A DNA stretch of 37,935 nt, from assembly GCA_015520895.1 (NCBI GenBank), contig WAPH01000009.1, positions 1-37,935 on the forward strand, given 5' to 3'. Shown here in pieces: positions 1-8,005 of this stretch. The translations under genes were made by a program, and so were the position numbers. Below the pieces are notes generated by a model that saw only the letters and a program-made list of their open reading frames with translations, was not told the origin of the DNA and made no database searches. Within the stretch, counting starts at the first letter, position 1. Every line of letters begins with the position of its first letter. The DNA comes from Nanobdellati archaeon (GTDB taxonomy: Archaea > EX4484-52 > JAADEF01).

Positions 1-9
1 ATTCAATCT

Positions 10-930
10 CTAACTCTGCACACCCACACATTTTTTAGCAAAAACTTGTAATTTACTAGTAGGAATGTCTATCTTGTCTCTTTTAATATATCTTTTAAGA
101 GCTTTACTATCTTCACTCCAACCAAAGAATTTTTTTAATTGTGATTCTGTTAGCACATTAGCCAAATCAGTAGCACGACTGTGTCTGAAAATATATGGAT
201 AAAGAGCAGGAAGTCCTAATGTTTTTTGAATCTTCTTTAAAACTTTTCTAACATAATAATTATAAGAAATATCAAAAAGATATTCACTACCTTGAGCCTT
301 CTTTTTGTTGATGTATTTCTCCAGATAATCTTTAAAGATCACACTTACAACCCCTCTTTCACCTGTTTTTCCATTTACTCTAAATATTATTCTATCCTTA
401 TATATGTTAATATGTTTTAACATCACGGACATGGCCTCTGAAGGTCTTGCTCCTGTGTCATATAGAAACATCGTGTATGCTTTATAATCTTCATTATCTA
501 TGAGTTTTATTATGTTTAACACAGTATCAAAGTCCAAATAATCATTTCTTATATTTTTTTCTGTCTTTATATCTAACAAATACAAATATTTCTCTTTTCC
601 AGTCATTTTTAGATAATATTTTAGAGCATAGATATAAAACTTTATTGTCTCCCCTGCATAGTTCTTCGTTCTGAGGCAATACAAGAAATTAATTATTTTA
701 TCTCTCGTAATGTTTCCTGTATATGGCTGTTGTTTGGCAAAAACAAACATACTTAAGAGATAGCGGTAAACTCTTATGGTTGATATACCTTTAATAACTA
801 AAAATTGATAATATTTGTGTAGCATCTTCTTGTCTGATGGAACTATTTCATCACTACTTCTTATTTTTGATACTAACCAATTCAATTGCTTCTCATAATC
901 CACTATATATCTCTTTTTAACCACGCCCAT
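10..930 (-). CDS. Tyrosine recombinase / phage-type integrase
   Basis: 306-aa ORF. Catalytic signature is visible in the translation: TGARPSE (Arg I), FRHSRAT (His-x-x-Arg), LKRYIKR (Tyr nucleophile). A TATA-like ATTTAAAT at 955-962 lies about 24 nt upstream of the ATG. Confidence 0.85.
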   Translation of the reverse strand: MGVVKKRYIVDYEKQLNWLVSKIRSSDEIVPSDKKMLHKYYQFLVIKGISTIRVYRYLLSMFVFAKQQPYTGNITRDKIINFLYCLRTKNYAGETIKFYIYALKYYLKMTGKEKYLYLLDIKTEKNIRNDYLDFDTVLNIIKLIDNEDYKAYTMFLYDTGARPSEAMSVMLKHINIYKDRIIFRVNGKTGERGVVSVIFKDYLEKYINKKKAQGSEYLFDISYNYYVRKVLKKIQKTLGLPALYPYIFRHSRATDLANVLTESQLKKFFGWSEDSKALKRYIKRDKIDIPTSKLQVFAKKCVGVQS

Positions 931-999
931 AACTACTATATAGTAATTCCGAAAGATTTAAATAGTTATATGACATATATATAGTATATAGGTGATTAT

Positions 1000-1134
1000 A
1001 TGAAAGCTACGGTTAGAGTATTTAAATTCGGTCCAAATTCACTGGCATTAATAGTTCCAGCAACAATAAGACATGCTTTAGAGTTAAAAGAGGGTGATTT
1101 AATAGAGATAGATATTAAAAGGGTTGAGGAATGA
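1000..1134 (+). CDS. Small AbrB/SpoVT (MazE-like) DNA-binding domain protein, 44 aa, absent from the ORF track
   Basis: Hand translation gives MKATVRVFKFGPNSLALIVPATIRHALELKEGDLIEIDIKRVEE. The pattern (V.V.K.G.S..L.VPA.IR..L.L..GD.IEI) fits the swapped-hairpin AbrB fold. SD GGTGAT lies 3 nt before the ATG. The ORF is divergent from the integrase. Confidence 0.55.
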   Translation: MKATVRVFKFGPNSLALIVPATIRHALELKEGDLIEIDIKRVEE

Positions 1135-1307
1135 TAAATATGAGCCACAGGGTGTTAGGGACACCCTGCGGCTTAGTGCCGAGAAAGGAATCGGCAACAA
1201 ATCGGACAAATCGGTGACTATTATGGGAAGGAAATATGATAAATCTAAAGTTGGTTCTGTAAATGAATTTAACGATCTAAAATCGCCATCTTATAAACAA
1301 TATTCTA

Positions 1308-1393
1308 TGCAGGGGGTGGGATTTGAACCCACGAACCCACTAAGGGACTGGCTCCTAAGGCCAGCGCCGTTGACCAGGCTTGGCGACCCCTGC
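1308..1393 (-). tRNA. tRNA-Leu (anticodon UAG), class II with long variable arm, no intron
   Basis: Minus strand reads GCAGGGG TC GCCAAGCCTGGTCAACGGC G CTGGC CTTAGGA GCCAG, then a variable arm TCCCTTAGTGGGTTC, then GTGGG TTCAAAT CCCAC CCCCTGC A. It has a 7-bp acceptor stem, a T-loop TTCAAAT, anticodon loop C-T-TAG-G-A, and discriminator A. Confidence 0.9.
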
Positions 1394-1471
1394 CTCTAAG
1401 AACATAAAAATGATTAATTTTTTAAAATTCTTTGGTAATTTTGAAAGAAGTAGTTATAAAGATGATAAAGT

Positions 1472-1589
1472 GTTGGCGGCGTCGCCCTGTTCCCACCCCT
1501 GATGAGGCAGTACTTAGGGCATCGCTGACGGGCTTAACTTCCGGGTTCGAGATGGGACCGGGTGTTTCCCCGTCGCTATGACCGCCAAC
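1472..1589 (-). rRNA. rrf: 5S rRNA, not linked to 16S/23S in this window
   Basis: The reverse complement GTTGGCGGTCATAGCGACGGGGAAACACCCGGTCCCATCTCGAACCCGGAAGTTAAGCCCGTCAGCGATGCC...GGGCGACGCCGCCAAC matches conserved archaeal 5S blocks (CCCATCTCGAACCCGGAAGTTAAGCC). The ends pair to form helix I. It is a GC-rich island in AT-rich DNA. Confidence 0.9.
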
Positions 1590-1921
1590 ATTTATTTTAT
1601 GTAAGGGATAGATTTAAAAAATTTTTTTACTTTTGATTTGATGGTTATCTAATATATTTTTATTCTCGTTCTGAAAGAGCACAAAATTTATTTTTCATCT
1701 TTTCCTAAAACACTTACTCTCTTGTCCTCATAATTTCACATAATGATTATTAATGTTATGTTATTATTAAGATTTAAGATATTCTTTAGCACGTAATAAA
1801 GCGGTTAAAAGAATATAGTAGTAAAATTCCAAAATTTTTGCTTCAATAAATATATTCGAATACGGATGTTTTATCATTAATTATTTAAAAATTATGTTAA
1901 AATCATAATAAAGAGGTGATT

Positions 1922-4123
1922 ATGATGTCCCGAATTGAAGAAATGGTTAATAAGATTAAACAATTGGCACAGCAAAAGAGTAAGATAAGAAATATGGGTA
2001 TTGTTGCTCACATAGACCATGGTAAAACAACTTTATCCGATAACTTGTTGGCAGGTGCAGGAATGATCTCTGAAACCTTAGCTGGATCACAACTTTTCAT
2101 GGACTTTGATGCTCAAGAACAAGAAAGAGGTATTACTATTTATGCTGCTAACGTATCAATGGTTCACAATTATGAGGGGGAAGATTATCTTATTAATATG
2201 ATTGATACTCCCGGACATGTAGATTTTGGTGGTGATGTAACTCGAGCAATGAGGGCAGTTGATGGAGTAATTGTAGTAGTGGATGCAGTAGAAGGAGTAA
2301 TGCCTCAAACTGAAGTAGTGTTAAAACAAGCTTTAAAAGAGAAAGTTAAACCTGTGCTTTTTATAAATAAAATGGATAGATTAATAAAAGAACTTAAATT
2401 AACTCCTGAGCAAATGCAAGAAAGGCTTATTAAAATTATTACTTCTGTTAACAATTTAATTGAAAGATATGCTCCAGAAGAATTTAAAAAGGAATGGCAG
2501 GTTGATGTAAAAAGTGGGAAGGTTGCTTTTGGTTCTGCTTATAGAAAGTGGGCTTTATCTCTTCCCTATATGCAGAAAACAGGGATAACTTTCAAGGATA
2601 TTATAGAATATACTAATGCAGGTAAAGAAGATGAATTATCTCAGAAGGCTAAAGTTCACGAAGTAGTGCTAGATATGGTTGTAAAGCATTTACCTTCACC
2701 TGATGTTGCTCAAAAATATAGAATTGAAAGAATATGGACAGGAGATATTAATAGTGAGGAAGCTAAATATATGATAAATACTGATGATAAAGGTCCTTTA
2801 ATTGCAGTTATCACCAACATCACCTTTGATCCTCATGCCGGTAGTATTGTAACTGCAAGAATATTTTCTGGTACCTTAAGGGAAGGTCAGGAGGTATATG
2901 ACGTTAATAATGGCAAGAAGGGCAGGGTTCAACAAGTTGGAGTATTTATGGGTCCTAAAAGAATAGCAATGGATGCTGTTCCTGCAGGTAATATTGTAGC
3001 TATAACAGGTTTAAGCGAAGTATCTTCGGGGGATACTATTTGTGACCCTAACATTCGTGTTGCACCTTTTGAGGAAATAAAACACGTTTTTGAGCCCGTT
3101 GTAACAAAATCTATAGAAGTTAAAAATGTTAAGGAGTTACCAAAAATAATAGAGATATTAAAACAAAGAGCTAGAGAGGATCCTACTATTAAAGTAAAAG
3201 TATCTGAAGATACAGGGGAAATATTGGTCTCAGGATTAGGAGAATTACATATCGAAGCAAAGATTGAAAGATTTCTCAAAGATAGAGGTTATGATATAAT
3301 AGTATCACCACCTATTGTTATTTATAAAGAAAGTGTTCTTAAAGAATCAAGAGTATTTGAAGGTAAATCTCCAAATAAACACAACAAGTTTTATATAAAA
3401 GTGATGCCTTTAGAAAAAGAAGTTCAAGAATTATTAAGGGCAGGAGAAGTACCCCAGGGTAAAATTAGAGAACAAGATAAGCAATGGGTTGCTCAGAAGT
3501 TAATGGATGCAGGAATGGATCAGGAGGAGTCTAAGAGAGTTATATATACGAGAGCAGATAACGTTTTGGTTAACATGACAAGAGGTATTGTTCAATTAAA
3601 CGAAGTAATAGAACTTATAATGGAAGCTATGAGACAAGTTATAGATGAAGGACCTTTAGCCCACGAACCTGTGATGGGGGTTAAAGTTATGTTAATGGAT
3701 GCTAAATTACACGAAGACGCAATTCATCGTGGTCCTGCACAAGTTTATCCTGCAGTAAGATTGGCTATTCGTAATGGTATGATTGATGGAGAAGCTAGAC
3801 TCTTCGAGCCAAAACAAATTGTTAGGATTGATACTCCTGGGGAATATATGGGTGATGTAATCAAAGAAGTGCAAAATAGAAGAGGTCAAGTAATAGAGAT
3901 AAACGAAGAAGAGGGTACTACTATAATAATTGCTAAAATCCCTGTGGCTGAGATGCAAGGTTTTGAAGGAGCATTGAAGTCAGCAACAGCCGGTAAAGGA
4001 TTTCAATCTTTAATAGACCTGGTTTACGAGAAATTACCTGAAGAATTACAAGAAAAAACCATTATGCAGATAAGGCAAAGGAAGGGTATGCCTTTGGAGA
4101 TGCCAAAGATAGAGGAAGAGTAG
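1922..4123 (+). CDS. fusA: Translation elongation factor 2 (aEF-2)
   Basis: GTPase motifs AHIDHGKTT, DTPGH and NKMD are present, as is the diphthamide-site context HEDAIHRGPAQ. The track start at 1916 is a GTG inside the SD GAGGTGAT, so I placed the start at the first ATG (1922; 1925 is also possible). Confidence 0.96.
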   Translation: MMSRIEEMVNKIKQLAQQKSKIRNMGIVAHIDHGKTTLSDNLLAGAGMISETLAGSQLFMDFDAQEQERGITIYAANVSMVHNYEGEDYLINMIDTPGHVDFGGDVTRAMRAVDGVIVVVDAVEGVMPQTEVVLKQALKEKVKPVLFINKMDRLIKELKLTPEQMQERLIKIITSVNNLIERYAPEEFKKEWQVDVKSGKVAFGSAYRKWALSLPYMQKTGITFKDIIEYTNAGKEDELSQKAKVHEVVLDMVVKHLPSPDVAQKYRIERIWTGDINSEEAKYMINTDDKGPLIAVITNITFDPHAGSIVTARIFSGTLREGQEVYDVNNGKKGRVQQVGVFMGPKRIAMDAVPAGNIVAITGLSEVSSGDTICDPNIRVAPFEEIKHVFEPVVTKSIEVKNVKELPKIIEILKQRAREDPTIKVKVSEDTGEILVSGLGELHIEAKIERFLKDRGYDIIVSPPIVIYKESVLKESRVFEGKSPNKHNKFYIKVMPLEKEVQELLRAGEVPQGKIREQDKQWVAQKLMDAGMDQEESKRVIYTRADNVLVNMTRGIVQLNEVIELIMEAMRQVIDEGPLAHEPVMGVKVMLMDAKLHEDAIHRGPAQVYPAVRLAIRNGMIDGEARLFEPKQIVRIDTPGEYMGDVIKEVQNRRGQVIEINEEEGTTIIIAKIPVAEMQGFEGALKSATAGKGFQSLIDLVYEKLPEELQEKTIMQIRQRKGMPLEMPKIEEE

Positions 4124-4166
4124 TTTTAACAAACCTATATATTTTTATTCTTCATATATTTTTTAT

Positions 4167-5798
4167 ATGGTAAGAACTAAATCTATGAAATCTATAAAGA
4201 AAAAATCTGTGAAGAAAAGCGACTCTAAAAAAGTAAATGAAAAAGTAGAGGTTTTGGATAGATATGAATTAGAAGCTGATGATGTTAAAGCAAAGGTTGA
4301 AATTAAAAGATATGAAAAAGAATATGTGCCTCTATATTTTCTAACACGAAAAGAAGTGAGTGTAGCTATGAAAGCTATATTAGAAACTATTAAAGAAGAA
4401 CTTATTCATGAAATAGATTTAAGCGTTCGCGAATTTATTGATCCTGCTGCTTATACTAAAGTAAAAGAGAAGTTTAGAACTAAAATTTTAACTTTAATGG
4501 AGAAGTATTTACCTTATACAGATGAAAAAGAAAAACTTTATTTAAGTGGTATCTTATTACATGAGATGTTAGGATTAGAAGATATAGAACTTTTACTTAA
4601 TGATGCTAATTTAGAAGAAATAGTGGTTAATGGTCATAAAGAACCTGTATGGGTTTATCATAAGCGCTTTGGATGGGTTAAAACCAATATTTATATAGAA
4701 AGTGAAGAGAAAATATATAATTTTGCATCATCTATAGGTAGGAGGGTGGGCAGGCAAATAACTAATCTTACACCTTTAATGGATGCTCATCTACCTACAG
4801 GTGATAGAGTAAATGCAACTTTATTTCCTATTTCTACCGAAGGTAATACTATTACTATTAGAAAATTTTCTCGTAGTCCTTGGACGATAATTCACTTTAT
4901 TGAGTCAGGTACTTTAAGCAAAGAAGTTGCGGCTTTTTTATGGACTGCCATACAATATGAAATGAATATTTTAGTTGCAGGAGGTACTGCATCTGGGAAA
5001 ACATCTATGCTTAATGTACTTATGCCTTTCATGCCTGCAAATCATAGGATTATAAGTATAGAAGATACAAGGGAAATTAATTTACCTAGTTTTTTACATT
5101 GGGTGCCTTTCTCTTCTCGAGAAGCTAATGCAGAAGGGAAAGGGGCGGTAACTATGCTGGACTTGCTTGTTAACTCTTTAAGAATGAGGCCAGACCGTAT
5201 TATTATAGGAGAGATTAGAAGGAAAGCAGAAGCAGAAGTAATGTTTGAAGCTATTAGAACAGGTCACAGTGCCTATGCGACATTTCATGGAGATAGAGCA
5301 GAAGAAGTATTTAAAAGATTAATAAATCCTCCTATGGAATTACCTCCTTCTGTGTTAAGTGCTTTACATCTTATTATTGTACAATTTAGACACCGTAGAT
5401 TAGGTATAAGAAGAACTTTAGAAGTAGCAGAAATAATTCCTGCAGAGGAGAAAAGTACTTTTAACATCATTTACAGATGGAATGCTAAAAATGATGCTCT
5501 CGATAAAATAAATAAATCTTATAGAATTTACGAAGATATACATCTTTATACGGGTATGAGTGAGGAAGATATAGAAGAAGAGTTGCAAAAGAAAATAAAA
5601 ATTTTAGATTGGATGCAACGTAATCGCATTAAAACCATAAATTCTGTTGGTAAAATTGTTGCTGAATTTTATAGAGATGAGCAATACGTTATGAAGTTTA
5701 TAGAAAAGAAAAAAGTGGAGGAAAAAGATCTTCAAGAGTTGTTAGGTAGTGATATCTTCAAAGAATTGAAAGAATATTGGCAACAGCAGGGTGTATAA
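4167..5798 (+). CDS. Type IV pilus / archaellum-family assembly ATPase (FlaI/PilB/VirB11 superfamily, EpdL-like)
   Basis: Walker A is AGGTASGKTS and Walker B/Asp box is PDRIIIGEIR. HSAYATFHG is His-box like. The N-terminus is Lys-rich. Two platform-protein genes follow with overlapping or abutting starts. Confidence 0.88.
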   Translation: MVRTKSMKSIKKKSVKKSDSKKVNEKVEVLDRYELEADDVKAKVEIKRYEKEYVPLYFLTRKEVSVAMKAILETIKEELIHEIDLSVREFIDPAAYTKVKEKFRTKILTLMEKYLPYTDEKEKLYLSGILLHEMLGLEDIELLLNDANLEEIVVNGHKEPVWVYHKRFGWVKTNIYIESEEKIYNFASSIGRRVGRQITNLTPLMDAHLPTGDRVNATLFPISTEGNTITIRKFSRSPWTIIHFIESGTLSKEVAAFLWTAIQYEMNILVAGGTASGKTSMLNVLMPFMPANHRIISIEDTREINLPSFLHWVPFSSREANAEGKGAVTMLDLLVNSLRMRPDRIIIGEIRRKAEAEVMFEAIRTGHSAYATFHGDRAEEVFKRLINPPMELPPSVLSALHLIIVQFRHRRLGIRRTLEVAEIIPAEEKSTFNIIYRWNAKNDALDKINKSYRIYEDIHLYTGMSEEDIEEELQKKIKILDWMQRNRIKTINSVGKIVAEFYRDEQYVMKFIEKKKVEEKDLQELLGSDIFKELKEYWQQQGV

Positions 5799-5799
5799 T

Positions 5800-6657
5800 A
5801 TGAATCAGCCTTCCCCTACAATGTTAAAAAAAGCATCTTATTTTTATCCTGTTGCATCTAAGTTAGAAAAATCACTCAAGCATTTAAAAGTTTTTTTATA
5901 TCAGGCGAAATGGAATATTAATTTAGTAGAACATATTAGTTATAGTTTGTTTGTTGCCACCTTAAATACTTTTTATTTTTTAATTTTTATGCTTTTCATC
6001 TGGTTTATAACTAAAAATCCTCTTTTTTTAAAATTTCTTTTTTTATCGATACCTATATTTTTTTTAATGTTTTATTCAGCTCTTTATAGACCTAAAGTTA
6101 TTGCACTAAGAAGAGCTAGAAAAATAGAGGAAGAATTACCTTATGCTTTAAGGCATCTTCTTATTCAAGTAAAGTCAGGAGTTCCTTTATACCAGGGTTT
6201 TGTTTCTATCTCTGATGGCTATGGCGAAGTAAGTAAAGAGTTTAAAGAAATTATTAAAAAAATAAATTCGGGTTATAGTGAGATAAAGGCGTTAGAAGAA
6301 AGCATATTAAGAAGTGCATCACAGAAATACAGGAAAGCTTTTTGGCAAATACTTAATAGTATGAAAACAGGAACTGACGTATCAACACCCTTAGAAAACG
6401 TTGTTAACGAGATCATTAATGATCAAATTTTAGCAATTAAAAATTATGGGCAGCAACTTAATCCTCTTACTTTGATGTACATGATGATGGCAGTAATTAT
6501 GCCATCTTTAGGTATAACTTTTCTGGTTATTATCTCTTCATTTATAGGATTTACTATACCTAATCTTCTATTTGTAGGCCTAGCATTTTTTTTAATAGTA
6601 TTTCAATGGAGTTTTTTGAATATTATTAAAACAAAAAGACCTAATGTGAAAATATGA
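5800..6657 (+). CDS. Pilus platform membrane protein, single T2SSF domain (TadB/TadC / FlaJ-half like)
   Basis: Layout is N-terminal TMs, a cytoplasmic helical domain (LPYALRHLLIQVKSGVPLYQGF...SGYSEIKALEE...MKTGTDVSTPLENV), then C-terminal TMs. The start was moved from a GTG in the SD to the ATG at 5800, 2 nt after the ATPase stop. Confidence 0.72.
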   Translation: MNQPSPTMLKKASYFYPVASKLEKSLKHLKVFLYQAKWNINLVEHISYSLFVATLNTFYFLIFMLFIWFITKNPLFLKFLFLSIPIFFLMFYSALYRPKVIALRRARKIEEELPYALRHLLIQVKSGVPLYQGFVSISDGYGEVSKEFKEIIKKINSGYSEIKALEESILRSASQKYRKAFWQILNSMKTGTDVSTPLENVVNEIINDQILAIKNYGQQLNPLTLMYMMMAVIMPSLGITFLVIISSFIGFTIPNLLFVGLAFFLIVFQWSFLNIIKTKRPNVKI

Positions 6658-7742
6658 AGTGGTTTTTTAAGAAAAAGTCAAGAAAAAAGGAATTAAAAGA
6701 GATAAGGAAGAAATTGGAAAATATAGAGCATGAGAAGCCTTCTTTTTTAGATAATTTAGCAAAATTTTATTATGTTTTTCCAGAGTTTTATCGACGAAAA
6801 CTTGAAGAGGAGGCTAGATATGCTGGAGTAAAATCGCCTGAAAAGTATGTTTCTGTGATGTCTTTAACCACTTTCTTATTCTTACTTGCACCTCTTTTTT
6901 ATTTAATTTGGTTGAAGGTTTGGTGGTGGTTAATTGCTTTGTTGTTTCTAATTTTCTTATTCTTTTCAGCTATTGATCCTTATCTTGCATTAATTTTGGC
7001 ATCAGATAGTAGAAGAAAAAGAATTGAACAATTTTTAGCAGATTTTTTAATCCTTACTTCTTCAAATATAAAGTCCGGGCTCACCATTGATAAAGCTTTG
7101 TTGTTTGCATCACGTCCGGAGTTTGGCGAGTTAAGTGAGTTAACAAGAAGAGCTGCTTATGAAATATATGGAGGAAAGGACGTAGAGGATGCTTTATTTG
7201 ATCTCTCTCGCAACATTAAATCTCAAATATTTGAGAAAACCGTTAACTTATTGGTCCAAGGATTAAGATCTGGAGGTGCAGTGGCTAAACTCTTAGATGA
7301 AACTGCTAATGACATTAGAAATACAGAAACCTTACAAAAAGAAATTAGAGGTAGTGTTATAATGTATATTATGTTCATCTTTTTTGCAGGAGTTGTAGGA
7401 GCGCCTGCTTTATTTTCTATTTCTATTTTTCTTGTCAATTCTACCTCTTCAATGTGGGTGGGAGATACATCTGATCTCACGGATTTAACAGAAGAATATG
7501 GCATAAGCAGTTTTATTCAGATGAAATCTACGCAAGTAGATACTAAGGTATTTGAATATTTTGCTCTCTCTGCAATCATGATTACCACAGTTTTTGCAGG
7601 TATGCTTATCTCCATCATCCAAACAGGTAAAATAAGGAACGCTTTAAAATACTCCCCTATTTTTATGTTTGTTGCCATAGGTATTTATTATGCTTTGAAA
7701 GCAGCGTTGTTTAAATTATTTTCTTCAATAGTAGGAGTATAA
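6654..7742 (+). CDS. Second pilus platform membrane protein, single T2SSF domain (TadC / FlaJ-half like)
   Basis: ATGA start/stop overlap with the preceding gene. T2SSF-like core reads FLADFLILTSSNIKSGLTIDKALLFAS...GGKDVEDALFDLS...LRSGGAVAKLLDETANDIR and is flanked by TM segments. Confidence 0.72.
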   Translation: MKWFFKKKSRKKELKEIRKKLENIEHEKPSFLDNLAKFYYVFPEFYRRKLEEEARYAGVKSPEKYVSVMSLTTFLFLLAPLFYLIWLKVWWWLIALLFLIFLFFSAIDPYLALILASDSRRKRIEQFLADFLILTSSNIKSGLTIDKALLFASRPEFGELSELTRRAAYEIYGGKDVEDALFDLSRNIKSQIFEKTVNLLVQGLRSGGAVAKLLDETANDIRNTETLQKEIRGSVIMYIMFIFFAGVVGAPALFSISIFLVNSTSSMWVGDTSDLTDLTEEYGISSFIQMKSTQVDTKVFEYFALSAIMITTVFAGMLISIIQTGKIRNALKYSPIFMFVAIGIYYALKAALFKLFSSIVGV

Positions 7743-7782
7743 TACTAGAAGTAATATTAAGAGAAAGAGTTCTATTATTTAA

Positions 7783-7904
7783 AGCCCGAGGAGGGATTCG
7801 AACCCCCGACCACGTGATTTCTTGCCTTCGAGCTACGAGTTTCGCGCTTCCTTGCATTAGCAAGGATACAAGTCACGCGCTCTACCAGGCTGAGCTACTC
7901 GGGC
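7783..7904 (-). tRNA. tRNA-Thr (anticodon UGU) with a 48-nt canonical (37/38) intron
   Basis: Minus strand reads GCCCGAG TA GCTC AGCCTGGTA GAGC G CGTGA CTTGTA [intron 7866-7819] A TCACG TGGTC GGGGG TTCGAAT CCCTC CTCGGGC T. A bulge-helix-bulge is visible: CUUG/CAAG 4-bp helix flanked by 3-nt bulges UAU and AAA, with outer helix CCUU/AAGG. Confidence 0.85.
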
Positions 7905-8005
7905 CTAAATATTATGTTATTGAAGAAGAATTTTTAAAAATTTTGTTGAATGTTGGAAAAGGATGCGAATAAAAACAAATTATTTAAATATATTCTTTCA
8001 AATTA

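Larger units (their letters stand above)
1..1307. mobile_element. Probable integrase-proximal end of an integrated mobile element or provirus inserted at tRNA-Leu. The remainder lies beyond the left window edge.
   Basis: An intact tyrosine recombinase and a divergent AbrB-like ORF lie immediately downstream of the 3' end of tRNA-Leu (3' end at 1308), the canonical tRNA-int arrangement. No att repeat is visible inside the window. Confidence 0.4.

Noticed and set aside
1000-1134. Toxin-antitoxin pair around the AbrB/MazE-like ORF
   Set aside because: No PIN, MazF or other toxin-sized ORF follows it. The downstream 175 bp is non-coding hairpin/repeat sequence up to tRNA-Leu. It more probably encodes a small element-encoded regulator.
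1124-1399. 91-aa plus-strand ORF from the track
   Set aside because: Its 3' third is antisense to a well-folded tRNA-Leu gene. The rest covers the GC-rich hairpin spacer. It has no SD or TATA at the proper spacing, and its start overlaps the AbrB-like ORF end. I treat it as spurious.
1590-1915. Hidden gene or RNA in the 325-bp spacer upstream of EF-2
   Set aside because: I found only short ORFs interrupted by stops on both strands, no GC-rich or paired segments, and no repeats. It looks like plain AT-rich promoter and spacer DNA.
2929-3279. Antisense ORFs nested in long genes. Examples are 2929-3279 and 3707-3958 in EF-2, 7223-7504, 11238-11489, 15612-15967, 17221-17475, 18976-19158, 21181-21654 in ftsZ, 25289-25963, 26568-27032, 29323-29568, 31236-31424, 32517-32756, 33850-34397, 35454-35657, 36522-36743, 36915-37097 and 37264-37455.
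   Set aside because: Each lies fully inside, or antisense to, a confidently identified conserved gene. None has SD or TATA signals, and all translate to low-complexity sequence. I see no evidence for overlapping genes.
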